Position numbers and translations under genes: made by a program. Of a DNA stretch of 64,000 bases, positions 41,201 through 54,065 are shown piece after piece. The DNA lies in the NCBI GenBank assembly GCA_905331295.1, contig CAJNYD010000293.1, positions 1 to 64,000 on the forward strand, read 5' to 3'. The stretch comes from Rotaria socialis (taxonomy: Eukaryota). The notes under the pieces were generated by a model. It ran no database searches. It had not been told where the DNA came from and worked only from the letters and a program-made list of their open reading frames with translations. The first letter of the stretch is position 1; every line of letters begins with the position of its first letter.

Positions 41201-41672
41201 GAAAGGGCTGTATAATTGAGTGTACACAAATCAGTAGATCGGCTAGTAAATGAAGTTAGAAGGTTTCCAAATACAAGAACCATAAGGGGCAAAAGAACGC
41301 CATTGCCCAGCCCTCCAAAAGTACCAATTAACATATAAATTATATCGATTCGTGCAGCATATCGAAACTTAAAAATCAATTACTATTCTTATTTTACATA
41401 GAAAATAAAAATCATCATTACTTACCAAACTTCGAAAACCAACGGCTTCGACGGGTATTTTATCTTTCTCTTTGCCAGGAAGCTTTTCCGGTGAATCCAA
41501 CTCATTTGAATTACCTTTTTCCGTCGACGAAGTAACACTACATATATATTAGAAGTGTAAAAAAACATTAGCATAATTGTTTATTATACTTTTCATCAAT
41601 AATTTGATCTTGATGTAAACCAGCGATACTTCTATCGTCGCCAGGTATCTTTGCTACTTGACTGCCAGTCAT
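35284..41672 (-). CDS. ABCB1-like: ABCB full transporter (P-glycoprotein/MDR), >20 exons
   Basis: TMD1-NBD1-TMD2-NBD2 layout. Walker [10 protein letters not shown] and [10 protein letters not shown]-loop VSQEP twice, signature LSGGQKQRI / LSGGEKQRI, Walker B ILLLDEATSALD / ILLFDEATSALD, H-loop IAHRLSTI twice. Start [11 protein letters not shown] at 41672. Confidence 0.95.
37526..38054 (-). mobile_element. HINE/DINE-1-like element, copy 2, in an ABCB intron
   Basis: Reverse-complement match to 4752-5280 over ~520 bp (e.g. GTTATGTGTACTGCAAAAAGTGCATGGGACATATGAGTCATTCTAGAATG), with the same terminal structures. Confidence 0.8.
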
Positions 41673-42794
41673 TATTCAACTTTTATTCTACTGGAATGCG
41701 CAGCATCAATGGTTATAAATTTCATCCGTGTTTTTTTTTCTTTATTTTTTTTTCTTTTTTTCTGCTTTTTTCTCGTTCTCAGAAGCGTTTCACGGCAATA
41801 TTTTACACACGTACTTCAATGCTATACGTCATTCAGCCCACAATACAAGACACAACAACTCTTCTCAAACATAATGCAACATAAATAGATCTCTTATTTT
41901 ACTTAATGCATTGTGGACATTGTTCAGGTAAATATATGTTAAAAGAACTGATAGTACGTTCCATAAGTGCGATGCGTACACTATGCAGATGCGTGAAGCT
42001 ATATTTTTCGATAGACAACATTGAATAAGACTATTTTTTTAAATTCTACTCTATTTGCTTAACAAATAATAATAAAAACATTTATCGAATATATTCCATG
42101 GAAGCAAGATTTTTTTTCGAAGCAAATGCTATGTTGTAATCATTTTCGAATAGTTCGTTAAAGTACGATGTCGACGAGAACCTGAATATTTATTCACTGC
42201 ATAAAACATAGACGCTTAAACAAAATAAACAAATCGAAAAAGAACGAAAAATCGCCGGTTAAATAAATGAAATGCGAAAGAAAAAAGAACGAACCGATTA
42301 GATTTAATTCACCGTATGATTTTTATTTTTCTATCGTATTTCGTTTTCAGTCTTTTTTTTACGAAACCAGAACGTGCGATGCAATTCACAATGTTCTTCA
42401 TTTTATTCGCACAGTGAATTGTGCCTGTTAATGTTCTTGAAATTAGAAAACAACAGATTGTGAAGTATAGCGAAGAATTAATGCTAATTTAAACTAATAA
42501 TTGGATAGACCAATTCATTTTTTCTTAATAATTAGCATTTCGAATTTTAAGAATAGAAGGCATTGCATAAAAACAAAACTGATTAAATCAATAGATAGTT
42601 TATTAGAAATTATTTATTATTCTCAAATTTAGTCGTAAAACATTACGACAAAGTAGAGTCTTATAAATTCGTTAAAAACAAAAGAACGTAATAGACAACA
42701 GATACATGAGTCAAAATTGTACAATAAACATAAAAAAATGCAAACAACATTAATATCTCTATATTGTGAATAGTTCTGCGATTCGAAACGAAAA

Positions 42795-45700
42795 TTAGAC
42801 TTCAAAACGAATACCCTCTTTATCAGCAATCACCGATTGTGGAGCAGTTCGTCCACTAGTTGAAAACGTGTCATTACGCACAAATGATGATGGTGGTAAC
42901 GGTGAAATAAATGTTCGGTATTTTGGCGTTTGTATGTCTCCATGATTTACAACAGGTGGTACATCAACTAAGGACGATGATGTTGTTGATGACAATGTTC
43001 CTGACTTTTCTTCAAATTGTCGAAATCTTTTCATCAAGTCAGTAAATGTCGGTCGTTGTTCGCTGAGTTCTTCCCAACATGAGCACATTAATGCATAGAT
43101 TCGTTTTGGACAATTCATTGGACAAGTTAATAATTTTCTATCGCGTATCATTTCAATTACTTCTGGATTTGTTCGTCCATAATATGGTTGTATACCATAG
43201 GAAAACATTTCCCAAAGGAGAACACCGAACGACCAAACATCTGACATTTCAGTATAAATACCTGATAGCAAAGATTCTATTGCCATCCATCGGACAGGTA
43301 ATGAACGATTAGCGATTTTATAATAATCGGCATCATATTTTGGACGGTAACGTGCAATATTAGAAATTTTGATGTCCATATGTTCAGAAATGAGAATATT
43401 TTTGGCTGATAAATCATTATGAACAAAATTCTTTTCAGCTAAATAAACCATGCCCGATATAATCTGTATTGATATATAAAGAAAATCAGTGAGATCACGT
43501 TGTTGATACAGCGATATTGCTGTTGAACGTTGTAATAAATATTCATGTAAATCTCCATCATTTAAACGTTCATAGATCATTAATGAAAGTGCATTTTGTG
43601 GTTGCATACAAATACCAAGTAGACAGGATATATTCGAATGGCGTATATGACGAAAAACTAAATAGAAATATTTCATTTAGTAAAGAAATTTGAGAAAAAA
43701 ACAAACTGCGTATTGAATTACTTTCTATTTCACGTGAATATTCTTCACGATTTTGTGGTGATGCAAATTCAGTTTGTAACGTTTTTATTATACATTTCTG
43801 TGAACTATCAACAAATTCACCTTTATATATTCGTCCAAAATCACCTAAAAAACAAATTTTAATCCATGAAAAATCAAATCTTAAAAAGAATAACATGCAT
43901 TTACCTTCACCAAGTTCTTGTAAAATTCTTATATTTGTGAATGGAATTTCAGCTAGAGAACTTTCTGATAATGGATTTTGAAAATTTGGATGTTTTATTT
44001 CCGATTTAAGTAATGTTTGTCGAAGGTGTGTGTTTGTAAAATATGTATTTGATGATGATGACGACGACGGTATATAACGTGGATTTGGTTTATTAATATT
44101 TGTCGTTATGGATGGACGAAAAGGTGACGATGTAACCGTATTAATAAGATGTGTAGACTTTTTAATTGGTGTTGATGTCGATGAACATGTTGACAGATGA
44201 CTATTATTATTATTTTTACGATGGTAACACCAGCATATAATTACCATTATGAGACATACAGCAACAGGTGCAGTAATAACACATAAAATAGTCAATATGT
44301 GTGATGTTGATGTTTCTGGATGTCGAGTTGTTGAACGAGAATTTGATGATGAGGAATCTAAATAGATAAAACCAATAAAAAATGATTAAATTAAAATAGA
44401 TGTGTTCTTTTGACAGTATTTTACTTCTTTCACTTTCACGCTATTCTGTATTAAAATCAATGTTTAGATCTTTTAAAAACTAGCGAATATGACTCATTCA
44501 GTTTTTTTTATCCACATTCTTCGAAAGGTCTTCATTGCCAGAATTTCAAATTTAGAGGAAAATTTCCTAAAATGCCAAATTCGCAAGTCCACTTTTTACC
44601 AACTCGGTGATAAATTTCACTTTCAAATACTAATGCTGGTTCAAAAGAACACTGCGAGCTCGTTTTCATAATCCATATATGAAATTTTAGTGTAGAATGC
44701 AATTCATAAAGAATTCCATTGGTGTCTAACACCTTTATTTGGATTTTATTGCGCTGCGTAATATCGTACACAAATATGCTTTGTAATTCGATATTCTACA
44801 TATTTCGCAAATTTTTGATTTAATATGGCAAAAATATTACCATATCTTTCAATGACGTATGTAGAATATGAATTTTTCATTTCATATCTAGATGATCTTA
44901 GAACACTTCTCACTATTAAATCAAACGCCAACTCGAAAGATAATGCCACTTATGATTTAACACTTGCCTCTTTATATTCCTACTTTAGACGTATCGTAGA
45001 AATGAAGAACACTACAACTATTATCTTTCTCTCTTTCTTTCTTCTCGTATCAGCGATTAATAAATACATTGATATACAATACTAATGAGTGATAAAATTG
45101 CCATACTAACACTTTCTATACGTTATCGACGTATGCACAACGGTGCAACGAATTTATAATCAAAACAAAAAAGATTATGTAATTAAATTTTTCATCTCTC
45201 ATCTAATCATACAAAAAGTATATCAAACACGAAAACGTACTTTTACTCTTCGGACGACTTGATACTGTTTGATTAATAATAATACATGTTGAATCATCAC
45301 TGGTCGGTGGTAGATTATCACATGTCGGTATCTTTTGTATAAGTTGAACTAGTAACAAAACGCATATATTTTGTTTTCTCTATTTAAATTATTGATTTGA
45401 ACTTACGATTAGAATACATTTGTGGTAGTTTATCATTAAATAGATTTGAACATGCATGATTTTGAAAATATTCACATGAATGACGACATATAGAACGTAC
45501 ACTAAAACGATCGTTGTCACATATTGGATATGCAAATAAACATATCATTTGTAATAACAATTGACCACATTCTTTTGATAATAATTCATTATTAGTAACA
45601 AAATTTAAATTTCCCATTAAATTTTTCTCAATCTCATTTTGATTTGTTGTTGATATATATTGAGACGATATTATCGGACGACAAATACTACCCGTATATT

Positions 45701-47355
45701 GTTCACATTTTAATTTATTTGTTTGTTCATCACTATTTATAACTATTTCTGGTTGAAAATCAATTGATGGTAATCTTCGATAAAGAAAAAAAACATAAAT
45801 CATTATGAAAACTAAAAACAATGTTTTGTTTTTGTCTTACAATTCATCATTTGAATCAGTATCATCGATATCCACTATGATAGAAAGAAGAAAACATAGA
45901 TTGATTAATGAATTGATAAGAGAAATTGTTTTTAGCTACCGGAATTTTTAACTCGAACAAATCCAGTTGATGCTAACGTTTGAAAACCATTCGATACTTC
46001 ACATGTATAGAAACCAGCTTCGGATTCTTTTAAATTCTTTAAATTAATACTAAAAATAACAAACGTACAGATATAGAAAAATAAGTTTGCTATTATCTAT
46101 GTGGTATTTTGTTTATTACCTAGATCGGAATGCACTTTGATCAATAGAAAAGCGTCTTTTATCAAGCGGATTATTGTATCTATACCAATTGAATGATACT
46201 GTATGGGCTGATTGAACTTGACATTCCAAAATAACTGTGCTACCACCATTTTCTGTTATATTTTTTAATGTTTTTATCCATTGCATAGAAGTTGATGCTA
46301 ATAAATTCGATGGTCGAGTACTTAAAATGAGGAAAGAAAAAATTACACCTGATCGATCATATAATTGCATTGAGAGGAAAAAAATTGATAAACGCATTTA
46401 AATATCATTATCATGATTAGATGAGATGCTTTGTTTTCTTTTGTCAAGGTAAATTCGATAAGGATCTTTTACTCATCAATCTTAGCTTATAAATACATAT
46501 ATGAGCTTCTTTGCTCTATTGATTAGGTAAGAAACCCTTGAGCGGTTTCTTCGTCTTTCTTTCTTTTTTTTACGTGATTGAACAACCATTATGTTGTTGC
46601 CTTGTACTTACACGGCTGGAACACGCACGAGACAATTTATATTTCTGATTGACGGATGTATGTATGAAGCAATATTTCTCGTTTATCCGCGTATGTCAGG
46701 CTTCCTATTCATATCGTCTCCGCCAAAGATCAACAATGACTATCAATATACTTCTATATGTATATTGTATGTAATACCTTAAGATTACTGGAGTTGGTTG
46801 ATTGACAATTGTGTTTGCTACTTGTGCTTGACGTTGATTATTGTTGTCGTTGTTAACTGGTGACAGATCACCGAACGGCACAAGTCCAATGAAGAGAAAA
46901 AGAAGACGACGAAAGCCTAAAGAAGAAAAATAAAGTAGCAACTATATATCAGATAGGTGATAACTTTGTGTTGTTCTTCCTGGATGATTGCATTAACACA
47001 GGGTGAGAGAGAGAGAGAGCGAGAGAGAGAAAACGCTGTGTAGCATAGAAAAGGAAGCTGCAAATATGCACTTGGCACCCATGACTATAATGCCACACGA
47101 GAAATCAATCTGCTGTCTAAACATTGCGCTTGATCAACATATGTAAACATTCATATATGTTTTGCACTCTTTCCGATACGCTACGCTACTAGTTCTTTTC
47201 TTTTACAAGTGTTTGGTAAGCAGCGGGTTATGCCTTGAGTAAATAGCAAGATACGAGTGTGTCAAGAGTTTTAAAGCTCTTAACATGAGAGGCAACCAAA
47301 AATCATTAGCGTTTTTCGGTAGTTAGTAATGATGGTCATACTTACAAGCATACAT
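42795..47355 (-). CDS. ROR-like: ROR-family receptor tyrosine (pseudo)kinase: signal, Ig, Frizzled CRD, TM, kinase
   Basis: A predicted 10-nt first coding exon (47355-47346, GTAAGT donor) joins in frame to give MYACFRRLLFLFIGLV. Then Ig (VILECQV...FNWY...EAGFYTCEVSNG), Fz-CRD (CEQYTGSICR...ICLFAYPICD...ICRHSCE), TM (ILCVITAPVAVCLIMVIICWC) and kinase (YDADYYK...LPVRWMA...SDVWSFGVLLWEMFSYGIQPYYG...EVIEMIR). Confidence 0.9.
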
Positions 47356-50300
47356 ATTCAATAAGTACACTTGTATGCTTAATAGTAATAATAATAATAA
47401 TAATATTCTTAATCCGAATGTTAATAATAACTGTTGAACGAGAGAATAAGAAAAAAAAAGAACGAGCTCTTCTGATATGATCTAGTGAGGTTTTTTCTTC
47501 TTCTTCTTACCCGTCATTAGATATCTGTCCTTCGAATTGATAAGAAACAAGAGTAGAAAGTCAAATGATGTGCATATCTTATAGAGAAATATAATAATGA
47601 TCAACTAGGTTCTTTCTTTCGTACAAGATGAAGACATGAAAATGTCAAGGCTTGAGTTTATTATATATGCATATATATATATATATATATATATTTATGT
47701 TTCCTAATCGTTAAATTACTTACCAAATATATTCATGGGTATTAATGTTGAATTGTTGTGACGATAATGAAGAAAAATATGAAATTTTTAGTTAACTGTG
47801 ACTAAATGATTGTCAACTGGAACAATAATTAACGCATTGAATAATTTTCATCGATCTAAAATAGTACAAATGGTTTGATTCGTTTTTTTACATAATAAAC
47901 AAACTAAATCATATTCTCTTCTTGTTCACATATGTGAACATATATGCAATCCATGATGTGACACCAATAACTCTACAAGATGCCGCACACACCAGCGAGG
48001 GAGAGAGAGAGAGAGAGTAAGAAATGCGAATGTATGCATTATCGTCATTGCTCGTTGGCTATATGAGTTGTTCTCTCGTTTTCTCTCACCATCTCCTTCT
48101 CGCTCTCTCCCTCTCGCTCTATGTCTCTCGCTTTTTCTTTATGTACAATTACTATATGTAAGGTCATCTTGTCAAACTGGCATGAAACAAAAAAAGAAAG
48201 AGAAGGGACTATTTCAATTCATCTCTATTCGTAGAATAGTCTAGTGTTATAAGCCTTCATATATTCTTATATGGCTGAATTTATAAATTATTCGATTTTT
48301 TTGCTGGTTCTTTTGTTTGAACGCAAGCAAATATTTTCAATAAATTTTGAATTATGCGAATGCACATAGTGTTCTCAAGAGAGAGCGAGGGAAAAAGTCA
48401 TTTATAATAAACGTTATGATTGAGTTTATAAAAATGGTTTTATGATTATTTGACACAAAAGAAAATTGAATGAAACAAATGTGTATATGCTAATAATTAT
48501 GAGTTAGTTTTTCTAATTGTCTGATCGCGATAGGCAAACACATACGTTTTATATAGAATGAGTAGTGGCGCCGGTTCACTTCTTCTTCTTCTTATCTTTC
48601 ACTAACATTTACACATGCATACGTCGTTCGTACTATGTTTATTATGAGAACATTATTAACACTTATCAAACTCAACTATAGCGGCAAAGTTTTAAGCAAT
48701 TGTCATATATTGAACATGACTGTGAGAATAATAAACTGTCTTCGATCTCAAGCGGCTCTATAGATGTTACAAAAAGAAAATAAATTCTACTTCAAAGAAT
48801 CATGTATAAAATAAATTATTGCTTAGTAATTTTCTATGCCTTATCCAGCGACCTTCTTTTACTCTACCACCATATCTGAACAGAGCAACAGTAGTATATA
48901 GGGAGTAGAGCGGACGTTGATCTAAGCCAGACGGTCAACTCAAACTTGTCAAACGTTCACTGACTCTTACAATTGCCATATGAATGTATTCATAAAGAGA
49001 GACGTTAATTCATTCTCATCGGACAGAACAAGTGTGTGCATATTGTTGATTTATTGTATTTTAACTCATTATATACGTGTATAGCTCTGTTATTCTATAA
49101 TTCATTTTCGACTACTACTACTACGATCGTTACCTTCTTACCTGCAGACGTGATTTGATATCATCCATATACACAACACACAAAAAAAAATGAAAAGGAA
49201 AAGAAAAACAAAACGAAAACAAAAGAGCAAAACGAGCTCATGTAAAAAGTACAAGAGAGTGCTTTAGTGAATATACGAATGTGTTATATAGCATCTGGTC
49301 ATCTCTATTCACCGATTTCAATAATCGATTTTGTCTGCACATCGTTCAAAATGATTGCATGATATGATATATATATATACGTATCAAATGGGTAATAGAA
49401 CCTATAGCACACCCTTGCATAGTGTCTCTGGATGACGAATGATGATATGGTGTTGGTAGTGGTATCAAGTCTTATTTCTCTCTCAATTGTCTATCTACGT
49501 ACATATATATATATATATATGTGTGTACGCGCGTATTATTATTATTATTGTTAGACGCATAGCCTATATTCAATGATGCTCGAAGCATTTCTTCTCTTTT
49601 CTTTTTCTTGATTGAAATAAAAAAAGCTGTGAGAATCAGCTTTCTTGTTTTTCCATGTATAGTTCTATAATCCATTTTCACACACATATTATCGTATAAG
49701 ATATTCGTCATCAGCTTTAAGAAAAACAACTATATTATTAATTTTTTTTTCAACAACAATTCATTTCTCACTTCTACTTAGTGCTATTAAACAGAATATG
49801 CAGATGAATCGAATGATATCTATATCTATATATATATATATATATATATTATGTAAGTTGAATATGGCAATGATAACAGATTGATTTTTACCATATACTA
49901 AAGCAAAAATTATACATTTATATCTGAATGTATCGAACCATTTAGCTATATGTTGTGTCTCGGGAGAGAAAGGAATGAGAATGAGAAAAAACGTTGCTTA
50001 AATAAACGTTCTATTTGAATCATAGTTTTGTTTGTCTTGTCTATATTCGTTGTTAGCCTATTTTTCTATATCAATAGATATGATATGCAAGAGAAAACTT
50101 GTTCAATCATAGGGTGTCAGCAATCATCTACGTCATTATGATTTGATCATCACACTCTAGCCGCTATGTGGCTTGTCAGTACGATGTTATTAAAGTGTTC
50201 AATTCAAACAACTCATCAATCGTACTGGTCAATCTCGATTTCTTTCTTTTCTTTTTTTTAATGTTAGAATGTTCATGACAGGTGACCATTTTTCTTCTCA

Positions 50301-51347
50301 TCGATGAGCTTCTTAACAGATAGGTTTCGAAATTTTTATTTTTGTTTGTTTCATCATTATTTTATCTAAGCAAAAAAAACATTACGAGAAAAGAAAAAGT
50401 TTTTTTTTCCTACTCATTTGCCCTCAAGGGTTAAATATTAGTCTTATCATCGTTGAATTAAGGCAACAGATGTTAACTGGCGAAAGTGTTGATGGCTTGG
50501 TCTCTTTGCAACAGACGACCGTCAAGTGAAGTACTAATGTCGCTTCGTTTCTTGTCATTTCAACGGACAGCTGCATAAAAGGCCATCTTCAAATGACGCA
50601 TGTTCATAATCAATGAAAATCGACTAATTTGATGATCTGATAAAATTTTACAATTATTATTGTTTAACCGTTATTATTATTATTCTTAGGCGCTTTTCCA
50701 ATATTTTGACAGATGATGACGGCGACGCCTATCTATGTATAACTCTTATATGATTATATGGATAGATGCGTTCATCGTTCATTTACCGCCTGCTGAGAAA
50801 GGATAGCCCAGACATGACTAAAGAAAAGTACACAATAATCAGAATGTTCTAGTCAATTTGATTATATGATAATTTACAAATGTATTTATCGATAATCACA
50901 AAAGAACAAAAAAAAAAGGAAATTCCCGAGAATGTTAAGATTACATGTAAAAGAATATGTAAGATAAATATAGAAGCAAAACAAAATTGTTCACAAGAAA
51001 TTCTATACCATCATCCAGCGATATTATTTGCCTTCGCATAAATTTTGGAAGTAAGTTCGAAACAAGCAGAAAAAAAAGAAGCTCATGGACATGTCAATCG
51101 CAACTAGACAAACGAAAAGTTCATGAATATTTTTTTTACGGATTGTATAATATAAACAACGGAGCGTCTATTTATTATTTTGTTTTGTTTATTATGTCTG
51201 AGGAAACAAGCGATCTTTTACTCGACACTTTGTCGTCATCAAATTTCAAAGGATCGTTTTATGACAAGAAATAAAGGAACCTATTGAAAATAAACAAGTA
51301 TTAGGTGATACCAATGATTATAATAAATCACTGTTATCTCTAGTAAA

Positions 51348-51650
51348 CAGGGGCGGCGGAGCGTCATTAAGTTAGGTGTGGCTCATAATATATTTTTTTC
51401 TACTGCGGAATTTTAAGAAAGCATCCAGTAGAAAATAAGTCTTCTTTTTATTGAACGTCAGTAAAAATAGAAATTGCCAGTATAAAAACGAAGATTGGAA
51501 AATACCAAAATATACTTTTGTTTCCACCTACTTTGATGCAAGAATAAAAAATAGCAATAATCAGTACAAAAGCAAGTGAGACTGAGCCTCATCTTGCGAA
51601 ATCTAGGTGAGGCTCAAGCCTCGTGGGTCTCAGTGACTCCGCCGCCATTG
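51348..51650. mobile_element. hAT-type MITE
   Basis: TIRs CAGGGGCGGCGGAG / CTCCGCCGCCATTG; 8-bp TSD CTAGTAAA / CTAATAAA (1 mismatch); internal AGGTG(T/A)GGCTCA repeats. Confidence 0.85.
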
Positions 51651-51751
51651 CTAATAAAAGTTATGCCAACGGAACAACATTAAAAAAGTCACGAACCGAG
51701 ATGTTTCTTTACAAATTATGAATCAGTTCAATGAAATAATGTATCATGAAT

Positions 51752-51870
51752 GCTTACGGCCATACCACGTTGAATACACCAGTTCTCGTCCGATCACTGA
51801 AGTTAAGCAACGTCGGGCTCGGTTAGTACTTGGATGGGTGACCGCCTGGGAATACCGAGTGTCGTAAGCT
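51752..51870 (+). rRNA. 5S rRNA: 5S ribosomal RNA (single copy)
   Basis: GCTTACGGCCATACCACG...CCGATCACTGAAGTTAAGC...GGTTAGTACTTGGATGGGTGACCGCCTGGGAATACC...GTCGTAAGCT, 119 nt, with complementary termini and box A/C-like internal promoter. Confidence 0.97.
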
Positions 51871-51874
51871 TTTT
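51870..51874 (+). terminator. RNA polymerase III terminator
   Basis: TTTTT immediately at the 3' end of the 5S gene. Confidence 0.85.
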
Positions 51875-54065
51875 GCTCTTTGTTTTCCACAGACAGTATA
51901 AAATACCTATCTGGTGATCGATTCAACATTAGAAGAAATTAAATTTTTATTTGACTTGACATTCGATTCAACTGGCCTAACTTGATGAAAACAATACACT
52001 ATGTAAAAATTTTTGGCTCATCAAAACATTCATTTGATTTTAATATTCTCAAATCATAGATATAGATCCGACTTTGAATCATGGTTATCAAGAGAAAATC
52101 TTTTCATTAATTTTTATACTAAATAAATCAATATAAAGACTAAACTTATTTTCAGCGTAAGACAACACCGCTCATGAGAAGGAGAGTCCCAATTTCTACA
52201 TTTATTCTTCAACAGTTCTTCTAGATCGTGTTTCATAAAACATCAAGTGATTAATACTATCACGTTTAAAATATTCACTAATGAGTTAATTTGAACAAGT
52301 TCTATCTAAATGTCTCATCGAACACTTGATGATGACATTAGTAATTCATGATAATATAGATTATTTGAGTAATTGATATTATTCTTAATGTCGAAAATTT
52401 TTTTATCTAAATAGAATCAAGATGTAAACGAAGTAAATAATTTTGATGGTTTGAACGAGTTTTTGCACAAGAAGAAATTATGATCATGAATATATTGAAA
52501 CTACTTTTCGTTTTAGTTCAATAAAAGCACTTAAACTATTAAATCGATAATTTTCATCGCTAATTATAGTTAATCGCACAATGATTGAAATGCTTAACGT
52601 ATAATTAGTTGAAACTAGTGAAACAAAAGATCATGAAAATTGATTTGGTAACCAACAATTAAAAGTTTCTTCGTTTTAAACAAACAGAAGCATCTTTTCT
52701 GCGTAACATAAAAATTAAACAATATTTATGAAACATCTTGTTCAGCTTTCATTTATTTCCCGATAAACTATGTTGAACATCAGACAAGAATTCACTATTG
52801 TTAATGATCTTACAAGGATGCTTAAATATCTGATGTTTAAAAGTAGATGATTAAAATTTCGAATCGGAATATCGTTTTTCAAATAAAACATCTTTTTTTT
52901 TATTAATATGTCAGAAAATAGACTATTGAAATAAACACACGAACTTGTCTGTGTACGTTTTAATTCATCGATTTAGTAAAAATGAACATTAGCACGCCCT
53001 GAAAAGTTATCAAATTATTTATTTTGTAAATTTCTCTTATCTTTATTTCTAGTTTTGCTCTATGCGATTTAAATCGTACCAGATAAATTATAACATAATC
53101 AAATGTCCTGCGAATAAATGGGATAGACAACATGAAAAACGTTTTTGTTTTGTATTCAGTGCACCAATAAGAAAAAAACAATACTGATTACTTCAAAATA
53201 AAGAAAGAACGATGCATTAACTGTGGAGTTCTAGCTTGCAAAACTGAATTGACAATCGTATGGATAGTTTAGCCGATCGTAGGGCCGATTGCAGAAGAAA
53301 GCGTTGCATCTTGATCACCAGCTATAAAATTAAAAGAACAGTAGAGTTGTGGGCAATTATTTATTGAATTGAAACTAATCGAATACGTATTCTTTCTGGA
53401 TCAATGTCGACATCATTGAACTGTATTGGAAACAAAGTTGAAGCTCATTATACATCTGACTTGTATTCATAGTGAAGATGAATAAGAGAAAAGAGGATCT
53501 TTCTATTGGGTTTAACATGTGTGTGTACACTTTTTGCCGCTAGTACAATCACAAGGGAGTAATTTATCGATCTATTCGACTGTTTATCCAGAATTCACGA
53601 TTTCGTCCAGTCAAGAAAGTTAATTTTTAGAAGCTAATGACTATATCTTTATACTACTGCTAGCATAAAACTCTTTTATTTATGTAAAAGTGTATCAAAA
53701 CAGTGTTGTATTTTATGCTTCTACTGCAGACAAGTAGACAGAATAATATATTCAAAACAGCAGCAAAATTGAAGAATTTCTTTTCATTTCATTATCAATC
53801 ATTTCTTCAAGTGTCAACTTATTTTCTGCCGTTAGCATTTGGGATGTATGCAATATATTCAAAAAATATGATGATTTCCAGCTAGTATCTGCCAACAATG
53901 CCACTAATGCAGTCGCAGAGTTTTCAATTTCAAATGGCTCATCTACATCAAGGAAAAACTTTGAGAGTATAAAACTACTAGAACTATAGTCATTGTTTCT
54001 TGAATCAACGATACATTCAATTATGAGTTATAAGAATAACGAAGATCTGGAAAAAAAAACTTACC

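Noticed and set aside
44489..45085. Several 60-86 aa ORFs in the ROR intron as a possible kringle exon
   Set aside because: No kringle Cys/Trp pattern (e.g. NYCRNP, WCY); treated as intronic noise.
29385..47096. Shared 12-mer CTATAATGCCAC near the 5' ends of the protocadherin (29385) and ROR-like (47085) genes
   Set aside because: Many 12-mer matches are expected by chance in 64 kb of AT-rich DNA; no further support.
51744..51929. 61-aa ORF (AYDTRYSQAVTHPSTN...)
   Set aside because: Antisense translation of the 5S rRNA gene.
51875..52300. Possible spliced-leader RNA gene linked to 5S
   Set aside because: No leader + GT donor + Sm-site arrangement could be recognised by eye.
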